The position numbers and the translations under genes were made by a program. From Mycoplasma mycoides subsp. capri (GTDB lineage Bacteria; Bacillota_I; Bacilli_A; Mycoplasmatales; Mycoplasmataceae), in contig NZ_CP065581.1 of the NCBI RefSeq assembly GCF_018389705.1, positions 240,001-272,000 on the forward strand: 32,000 nt of DNA, given 5' to 3'. Shown piece after piece: positions 23,981 to 32,000 of this stretch. Every line of letters starts with the position of its first letter. Position 1 is the first letter of the stretch. The notes beneath the pieces are model-generated. The model made no database searches and had not been told where the DNA came from. It worked only from the letters and a program-made list of their open reading frames with translations.

Positions 23981-25138
23981 ATGTTGTTTAAAGTTTTAAG
24001 TTTTATATTAGTTAGTAGTTCAGCATTATTAGTTGTTAGTTGTTCAAATAAAAACCAAAATAATAGTATAAAAAAAGAAATTATTAAAAAAGAATTAACA
24101 ATAGAACAAAAACAAGCTATTAATGATATTTTTGTATCTCAACAAGATGCTTTTGCAACTTTTCATACTTATAAAGATGTTTTAGATCAACTAAAAGTAT
24201 TTTTAAGTAAAAAAAATTTAAATGAAGTTATTTTATTTGATGAAAATCAAAAAGATAAACATTTAGTTTTAGATAATAATGCTAATAAGAACTCTGTTAA
24301 AATCAGAGTTTTTGGTAATGTTTTTGAGTTTAAACCAAAAACTGTAAAAGAGTATGTAGAAACTAAATATAGTGATGATACTAAAACTAAAGTGACTCAA
24401 TTAGGATATAAAAAAGAAACAATAAAAAATGTAGATTATTATGTTTTAAATAGATTAGATAAAAATACAAATGAAGTTCCAATTGATCTGCCATTAAAAA
24501 TTAATTCATTAAGTGATTCTTTTAAAGAAAATAAAAATGAAAAAATCACTAATATTGACAAATGAGATACTAGAAACATTATTTCTTTAAAAAACATGTT
24601 TTATTCAGCAAAAAGTTTTAATCAAAATATTTCTAGTTGAAATATTTCTAATGTTGTAAATATGTCAGCTATGTTTTTTGAAGCTGAAAAATTTAATCAA
24701 CCAATAGGTAACTGAGATGTTTCAAAGGTTACTGATATGGATTTTTTGTTTGATGGAGCAATAACATTTAATCAAAATATAAATGATTGAAGAACTGATA
24801 GTTTGACAGATCTAACTTATACTTTTAGAAGTGCTATAAGTTTTAATCAGCCATTAAATAATTGAAATGTTTCAAAAGTTAAAAGTATGGATGGTATGTT
24901 TACTGAAGCTACTAGTTTTAATCAAGATATTAGTTTGTGAAATACAAGTAATGTTGAATCAATGAATGGAATGTTTTCTTCAGCAGATAAATTCAATCAA
25001 AATCTAAGTTCTTGAAATGTTAAAAAAGTTGGAAATGCTCAAAATTTTGCAAATGGTTTAAAATCAGTTATGACTAAAGATAAGCTTCCAAAATTTAATG
25101 AAAAGTACTCAGATGATAAATACATTTATGGTAGTTAA
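23981..25138 (+). CDS. DUF285 / BspA-like repeat surface lipoprotein (paralog of 5037..6281)
   Basis: ATG at 23981 gives MLFKVLSFILVSSSALLVVS-C (lipobox). Shares with the first copy both an N-terminal module (QQDAFATFHTYKDVLDQLKVFL; VPIDLPLKINSLSDSF) and six and a half 25-aa W-initiated repeats. Confidence 0.85.
24563..25012 (+). repeat. Six in-frame 75-nt DUF285 coding repeats
   Basis: 75-nt phasing puts the TGA (Trp) repeat starts at 24563, 24638, 24713, 24788, 24863 and 24938, with a partial unit at 25013. I checked 24563, 24638 and 24713 nucleotide by nucleotide. Confidence 0.8.
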
Positions 25139-25177
25139 AAAATAATTTATAAAAATAAAAAAATATTAAGTAAAATC

Positions 25178-25206
25178 TTGAAAATGATAATCAGTAATGG
25201 TATTAT
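25178..25206 (+). promoter_or_regulatory. Candidate promoter of the tRNA cluster
   Basis: TTGAAA (25178-25183), a 17-nt spacer ending in TGg, then TATTAT (25201-25206), about 40 nt upstream of the first tRNA. Confidence 0.5.
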
Positions 25207-25245
25207 TTTTAGTGTCTTAGATAAATATGACCAATTAAAAGATAT

Positions 25246-25321
25246 GGCTTTTTAGCTCAGCAGGTAGAGCAACCGGCTGTTAACCGGTTTGTCACAGGTT
25301 CGAGCCCTGTAAAAGCCGCCA
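25246..25321 (+). tRNA. tRNA-Asn (anticodon GUU), CCA encoded
   Basis: Cloverleaf folded by hand. Acceptor ggctttt/aaaagcc. Anticodon stem accgg/ccggt with loop ctGTTaa. T arm caggttcgagccctg. Confidence 0.95.
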
Positions 25322-25328
25322 TTATCTT

Positions 25329-25404
25329 GGCCTGTTGGTGAAGCGGTTAACACACACGGTTTTCATCCGTGGACACACGGGTTCGAACCCCGTACAGGCT
25401 ACCA
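25329..25404 (+). tRNA. tRNA-Glu (anticodon UUC), CCA encoded
   Basis: Anticodon stem cacgg/ccgtg with loop ttTTCat. T arm acgggttcgaaccccgt. Acceptor ggcctgt/acaggct, which gives a G1-U72 wobble. Confidence 0.9.
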
Positions 25405-25411
25405 TATTTTC

Positions 25412-25487
25412 GGAGTGTTAGCTCAGCTGGGAGAGCTCCTGCCTTACAAGCAGGCGGTCATAGGTTCAAGTCCTATACACTCCACCA
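25412..25487 (+). tRNA. tRNA-Val (anticodon UAC), CCA encoded
   Basis: Acceptor ggagtgt/acactcc. Anticodon stem cctgc/gcagg with loop ctTACaa. T arm ataggttcaagtcctat. Confidence 0.95.
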
Positions 25488-25499
25488 TTTTTTATTTAT

Positions 25500-25575
25500 G
25501 CTGACTTAGCTCAGCAGGCAGAGCAACTGACTTGTAATCAGTAGGTCGTAGGTTCGATTCCTATAGTCAGCACCA
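25500..25575 (+). tRNA. tRNA-Thr (anticodon UGU), CCA encoded
   Basis: Acceptor gctgact/agtcagc. Anticodon stem actga/tcagt with loop ctTGTaa. T arm gtaggttcgattcctat. Confidence 0.95.
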
Positions 25576-25586
25576 TTAGAAAACTC

Positions 25587-25611
25587 GAGCACTACTGTGC
25601 TCTTTATTTTT
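25587..25611 (+). terminator. Rho-independent terminator of the tRNA operon
   Basis: Stem gagcac, loop tact, stem gtgctc, followed by tttattttt. Confidence 0.7.
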
Positions 25612-25713
25612 AAAATTTAAACAACCAAATATCTTACAAATTGTTCTATTTGACATTCATATTACTAATAAGATAAATTAATTATTTATATAAGAATTTA
25701 ATTTACATAATTT

Positions 25714-25743
25714 AAGAAGATCATCTTGATCTTCTTTTTTTGT
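25714..25743 (+). terminator. Orphan rho-independent terminator with no upstream ORF
   Basis: Stem aagaagatc, loop atctt, stem gatcttctt, followed by T8. Confidence 0.6.
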
Positions 25744-25761
25744 TTTATAGTAAATAAAAAT

Positions 25762-25786
25762 AAAAAAAGTAAGTTTTAAAACTTAC
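25762..25786 (-). terminator. Minus-strand rho-independent terminator retained behind a decayed gene
   Basis: Perfect palindrome gtaagttttaaaacttac (25769-25786), preceded on the + strand by A7, which is a T tract on the - strand. Confidence 0.55.
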
Positions 25787-25886
25787 ATTGTTATATATTT
25801 AATTAAATTATTATGACTTATTTTGATCCATAATTCACTTTCTTTTCCATTTTTATTAAACACAAATATACGTTTAATCCAATAAA

Positions 25887-26069
<183 letters not shown>

Positions 26070-26160
26070 CTAGTAGCTTTCTAATATATCAACTAATAAA
26101 AGTATTATTTTTTTAAATGATAAAATAATTTTAGAAACTTAGATTTATGAGACTAAAAGT

Positions 26161-26424
26161 ATGAATGAATTTAATTTAGCAAAAGATAAAACAATGATCT
26201 CTAAGATATTTAAAAAAATTCCTTGATTTTATCATTTAATATTTTTTTTGATTGGCTTAGTAGTTGGATTATTATTTCAATTTTTACGAGTAAAACTTTT
26301 TGCTTTTCCTTATTTTTTTATATTCTTTTTTGCTATTTTAATTACTTATTGTGTTTTATTTATAATAATCAGTCCAATGATTAAACAAAATTGATTCATT
26401 AAAAGAATTAAAAATGAAAAATAA
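26161..26424 (+). CDS. Small hypothetical two-TM membrane protein (87 aa)
   Basis: ATG at 26161. Open for 87 codons in very AT-rich DNA, with two TGA (Trp) codons. Two hydrophobic helices: IPWFYHLIFFLIGLVVGLLFQFL and FAFPYFFIFFFAILITYCVLFIIISPMI. Its 3' end overlaps the regulator start by 11 nt. No strong RBS. Confidence 0.45.
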
Positions 26425-27400
26425 AAAAATATCAATTAGTACAATAGCAAAAGAATGTAATGTTGGTGTTGGAACAGTTTCACGTTATTTTAATAATGGT
26501 TATGTTAGTGATCAAAAAAAAGAACTAATTAAAAGAGTAGTTGAAAAATATAATTTTTCACCTAATTTTGCTGCTCATTCAATTAAAAGAAAAATTCAAG
26601 AAGTTTATTTTTTAATTCCAGATTTAACTAAAAGTAATACTTTTGTCATTAAAAAAATTTTAAAATACCTACAATTAGAATTTTCTGAAACAATGGTATT
26701 TGTAATTCAAACTACTTATAATCAAGAAACTTATTTAAAATACTTAAAAAAAGTAGTAGCAAGAAAACCGGCTGCTTTAGTTTTATTTGCTATTAGTGAT
26801 GATTTAAAAATTAAAGATTATTTAAAAAAAATTACTATTCCTTTTATTAGTTATGGAAAAGATTGAGGAAAGTTTTATTTTATTAATAATGATCAAGAAA
26901 TGATGATCTCATTACTAGAAACTATGAATAATCAAAATGAATTTGATCATCAAAAACAAATTTTATATATTGGTGAAAAACCTGAAACTAATAAGTCAAC
27001 TGGATATGATCGTTTTTATGGTTTAAATAATTGATTTAAAAATAAAAATATTAAATTTGATTATTTATTTTTTGAACATAATAGTGAAACTAGTATTTAT
27101 AATTTAATAAAAGAATTAAATCTAAATAACAAAATCATTATTTGTGGAACTCATACTTGTCATAAAATTTTATTAAAATATATAGTTAATCAAAAGTTTA
27201 AAAACATTACTTTAACTGATATTTATCAAAAAAATAGTTTGTTATTACCGATTTTTGAAAAACAATACTGTATAGCTATTGATTATCAAAATCTAGTACA
27301 AAGAATAAATGAAAGTATTAATAAAATTTTAAATAACAAACCTATAGATGAACAAAATGAAAAATACTTGAATTATGAAATTAAAGTTTTAGATAGATAA
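26414..27400 (+). CDS. LacI/GalR-family transcriptional regulator, probable sugar-operon repressor (TreR-like)
   Basis: N-terminal HTH ISISTIAKECNVGVGTVSRYFNNGYVSDQKKELIKRVVEKYNFSPNFAAHSIKRK. A periplasmic-binding-protein-like C-terminal domain. I checked by hand that the frame is continuous to TAA at 27398-27400. Confidence 0.85.
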
Positions 27401-27422
27401 AATTTTAGTTTCATTTTTTATT

Positions 27423-27456
27423 ATATAATTATAGTGTGGAAACAATTCCATATTAT
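27423..27456 (+). promoter_or_regulatory. Sugar-operon promoter -10 (TATAAT at 27423-27428) abutted by a 26-bp imperfect palindrome (candidate LacI-type operator)
   Basis: atagtgTGGAAacaaTTCCAtattat spans 27431-27456. The arms match at 9 of 11 positions. The core TGGAA-N4-TTCCA is at 27437-27450. It sits between the -10 box and the RBS (GAGG, 27457-27460) and ATG (27466). Confidence 0.5.
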
Positions 27457-27465
27457 GAGGTCTTT

Positions 27466-29013
27466 ATGGCAAAAAAATCATATACAGAAGAAGTTAAAGA
27501 ACTAGTTAGTTTACTTGGTGGAGCTGACAACATTGTTTCATATACTCACTGTATATCTCGTCTTAGATTAGTTTTAAAAGATAATTCTAAGGCAGATACT
27601 AAAGCAATTGAAACTTTAGATAATGTTAAAGGAGTAGTTAAACCTGTTGGTGCTTATCATGTTGTGATTGGTGTTGATGTAACAAATTATTACAAAGAAT
27701 TTAAAAATTATTTAACTAATCAACAACCACAAACAAGTGATTCAAACTCTCAAACTACAACTGTAAAACAAAAATCAAATCAAAAATTTTATCAACGTTT
27801 ATTACGTCATTTTTCAGAAATATTTATTCCTTTAATTCCAGCACTAGTAGCTGGTGGGTTAATTTTAGGATTTAGAAACATTTTAGAAACTGATTGAACT
27901 GGTGAAGGTAAATCATTAGTTGCTTTATCAGCATTCGCAAAAGGCTTAAATGAATTTTTATGAATTCCTGCTCAAGCAGTCTTTTGATATTTACCTGTAG
28001 CAATTTGCTGGTCAATATTTAAAAAAATGGATGGTTCTCCAGTATTAGGAATTATTATTGGACTTACTTTATTATTACCACCATTAGAAAATATTTATGC
28101 TATTTCAGCATTAGCAAAAGATAGTATTTGAATATTTAAAGATGCTCCTGCTTTTGATTTTGGTGCATTTAAATTCCCTTGAAAACTTCAATATACTGCT
28201 CAAGTAATCCCAGCAATTGGTGTAGCATTTTTTGGAGTTTATTTAGAAAAAGGATTAAATAAAATTATTCCTGCTATTTTAAAACAAATCTTTGTTCCAT
28301 TATTAGTTATTGTATTATCATATACTGTTGGATTAGCAATTATTGGTCCTATTGGATTTGTAATTGGTTCTGCAATTTCAGTTGCTTCAAGTTGAGCATT
28401 AACTCATCCGATTGCAAAATATTTCTTTGCTCCAGTATTTGGATTATTATATGCTCCAACTGTTGTTACTGGATTACATACAATGTATAATGCTGTAATG
28501 ATTCAAAACACAGCAACAATTGGTGGTTCATTTATTTTTCCAATTTTATGTATGTCAAATATTGCACAAGGTAGTGCGTCATTAATGTTTACTATTTTAA
28601 ATAGAAAACATCAAAAAGTAAAAGATGCTGGAGCTTCTGCTACTGTTTCAGCTTATCTAGCAGTAACTGAACCAGCAATGTATGGAATTAATTTACGTTT
28701 CTTATATCCATTTATAGCAGCAATTATTGGATCTGCAACAGGTGCTTTATTATTAATAATTTCAGGAGTAACTTCAAATGGTATTGGAGTTGGTGCTTGA
28801 TTAGGAGTTTTATCAATTCAAGCTACTTCAAAAGTTAAAGGAGTTAAAACTTGAATTGGGTCTGGATATACTTGATTTATGATAAGTGCAATATTAACAA
28901 CTATCGTTACTATGATATTAACTTGATTTTTAGGAACTCTACCTAACTTTGTTAAACTACGTAATGATTTATTAGATGTTAAAACCGATCCCATCATTAA
29001 AATTAAAAAATAA
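27466..29013 (+). CDS. treB: PTS EIIBC component, glucoside (trehalose/sucrose) family; probably trehalose-specific
   Basis: EIIB Cys motif YTHCISRLRLVLKD. EIIC blocks HFSEIFIPLIPALVAGGLILGFRN, NIAQGSAS and VTEPAMYGINLRF. No EIIA domain. ATG at 27466, preferred over the GTG at 27436 in the ORF track. Confidence 0.8.
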
Positions 29014-29020
29014 TATTTAA

Positions 29021-30649
<1,629 letters not shown>

Positions 30650-30667
30650 TTAAAACATATTTTAATA

Positions 30668-30712
30668 TGTAAAATTTGTAAAATTCATATAAATTTTATT
30701 AAATAGTATAAT
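30668..30712 (+). promoter_or_regulatory. dhaK upstream region: tandem TGTAAAATT 9-mers and a TATAAT box
   Basis: tgtaaaatt at 30668-30676 is repeated exactly at 30677-30685, and each copy looks like an extended -10. TATAAT at 30707-30712. ATG at 30756. Confidence 0.35.
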
Positions 30713-30755
30713 TTAAGTAAGTCTAATAAACAAAACTCAAAAATGAAAGGTAGAT

Positions 30756-31754
30756 ATGAAAAAGTTAATAAATAGTCCTGAAACATTAGTTAATGAAATG
30801 TTAGAAGGTTTAGTTAAAGCTTATCCAAATAAATTAAAAAGAGTTGAAGGTTTTGATGTAATTATTAGAAATGATGATATTAAAAAAGATAAAGTAGCTT
30901 TAGTTAGTGGTGGAGGTTCTGGTCATGAACCAGCACATGCTGGTTATGTTGGATATGGAATGTTAGATGCAGCTGTTGCTGGAGCTGTATTTACTTCACC
31001 AACTCCAGATCAAGTTTATCAAGCAATTAAAAGTAGTAATGCTAATAAAGGAGTATTATTAATTATTAAAAACTATACTGGAGATATTTTAAATTTTGAA
31101 ATGGCTCAAGATATGGCAAGTATGGAAGGAATTGAAGTTGATAGTGTAGTTGTTAATGATGATGTAGCTGTTGAAGATAGTTTATATACTGCTGGAAGAA
31201 GAGGAGTAGCTGGTACTATTTTTGTTCATAAAATAGCTGGTGCTAAAGCTGAAATGGGAGCTAGTTTACAAGAAGTAAAAAATACAGCTTTAAAAGTTAT
31301 TAAAAACGTTAGAAATATGGGAATGGCAATTTCTCCATGTATTGTTCCAGCTGCTGGTAAATCTAATTTCTCATTAAATGAAGATGAAATGGAAATTGGA
31401 ATTGGAATTCATGGTGAACCTGGAGTTTATAGAGATAAATTAAAACCAGTAGATCAAATTGTAGATACTTTAACTGATAAAATTTTAAATGATATACAAA
31501 TTAATAAAGATGAACAAGTAGCAGTTATGATTAATGGAATGGGTGCTACTCCTGAAATGGAATTATTAGTAATTAATAATCATTTAAATGATATTCTAAC
31601 TAATAAAGGTATTAAGATTTATAAAACTTTTGTTGGTAACTTTATGACTTCAATTGAAATGGGTGGATTTTCAATTTCAATTCTAAAACTAGATAATGAA
31701 TTAAAAGAATTATTAGATCATAAAGCAGATACACCAGGTTTAAAAGTTTTTTAA
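30756..31754 (+). CDS. dhaK: Dihydroxyacetone kinase, DhaK (dihydroxyacetone-binding) subunit
   Basis: MKKLINSPETLVNEMLEGL..., VALVSGGGSGHEPAHAGYVGYGMLDAAVAGAVFTSP, GDILNFEMA. 332 aa with no TGA codons. Confidence 0.93.
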   Translation: MKKLINSPETLVNEMLEGLVKAYPNKLKRVEGFDVIIRNDDIKKDKVALVSGGGSGHEPAHAGYVGYGMLDAAVAGAVFTSPTPDQVYQAIKSSNANKGVLLIIKNYTGDILNFEMAQDMASMEGIEVDSVVVNDDVAVEDSLYTAGRRGVAGTIFVHKIAGAKAEMGASLQEVKNTALKVIKNVRNMGMAISPCIVPAAGKSNFSLNEDEMEIGIGIHGEPGVYRDKLKPVDQIVDTLTDKILNDIQINKDEQVAVMINGMGATPEMELLVINNHLNDILTNKGIKIYKTFVGNFMTSIEMGGFSISILKLDNELKELLDHKADTPGLKVF

Positions 31755-31769
31755 TAAATAAATAATATT

Positions 31770-31803
31770 AAAATTACATCAATTTTGATGTAATTTTTTT
31801 TGC
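31770..31803 (+). terminator. Rho-independent terminator after dhaK
   Basis: Stem aaaattacatca, loop attt, stem tgatgtaatttt, followed by a long T tract. Confidence 0.7.
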
Positions 31804-32000
31804 TTTTTAACTACTTTAATACTTAAAAAAATAATAAAAATAACTATTAAAATTTATCAATAAATTAATTAAAAAAATATTTGACACTATTCTAGTATTT
31901 CTTATTAAAAAAGTATAGAATATTAATTGCATGTATATTTTGTGTGCTTTTTTACAACACACCCATAGGAGTTGTTGATTAAATTAGTAAATTTAGGAGG

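Noticed and set aside
30655-30670. Palindrome acatat-ttta-atatgt as the terminator of the GH13 hydrolase gene
   Set aside because: It is a 6-bp, all-AT-rich stem with no following T tract on the + strand. Read-through or a distant terminator is more likely.
31925-31990. Possible riboswitch or T-box-like leader before the gene starting beyond the window end
   Set aside because: The only possible pairings are two mutually exclusive 5-bp stems (gtgtg/cacac and caaca/tgttg). There are no conserved riboswitch or T-box motifs, so this is too weak to call.

Overview
This is a very AT-rich Mollicutes-type chromosome segment that reads TGA as Trp (genetic code 4). Almost every break in the supplied standard-code ORF track is an in-frame TGA at a conserved Trp position. 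Re-joining the fragments gives about 27 intact genes, and all but one (ktrA) are on the + strand.

Gene order:
- two tandem M23-peptidase-motif surface protein paralogs (the first is cut by the window edge)
- msrAB
- DUF285/BspA-like repeat lipoprotein
- GT2 glycosyltransferase
- RDD-like membrane protein
- pcrA
- ptsH
- CPBP protease
- RluA-family pseudouridine synthase
- large Wzx/MOP-like membrane protein
- ligA
- gatCAB
- ktrA (- strand), divergent from ktrB
- folD
- Q/N-rich membrane protein
- second DUF285 lipoprotein
- tRNA cluster Asn-Glu-Val-Thr
- about 585 nt of decayed non-coding DNA containing a tsaD gene fragment
- small membrane ORF
- LacI-family regulator
- PTS EIIBC
- GH13 phosphotrehalase-like hydrolase
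- dhaK

From memory only, the gene order and the DUF285 lipoproteins resemble the Mycoplasma mycoides/capricolum group. I could not verify this.

I see no CRISPR array, transposase, integrase, restriction-modification, toxin-antitoxin or other canonical defence or mobile module. The leads most worth follow-up are:
1. The duplicated lipoproteins carrying a complete M23 zinc-peptidase motif set in an organism that should have no peptidoglycan.
2. A 26-bp imperfect palindrome directly downstream of the sugar-operon -10 box, a likely operator for the adjacent LacI regulator.
3. The decay zone next to the tRNA genes, with a tsaD fragment and an orphan promoter/terminator pair.
4. A KtrA whose glycine-rich nucleotide loop is degenerate.
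5. GT2-RDD translational coupling, plus a flippase-like protein in the same gene string.

All functional calls rest on motifs read by eye. No database search was run.
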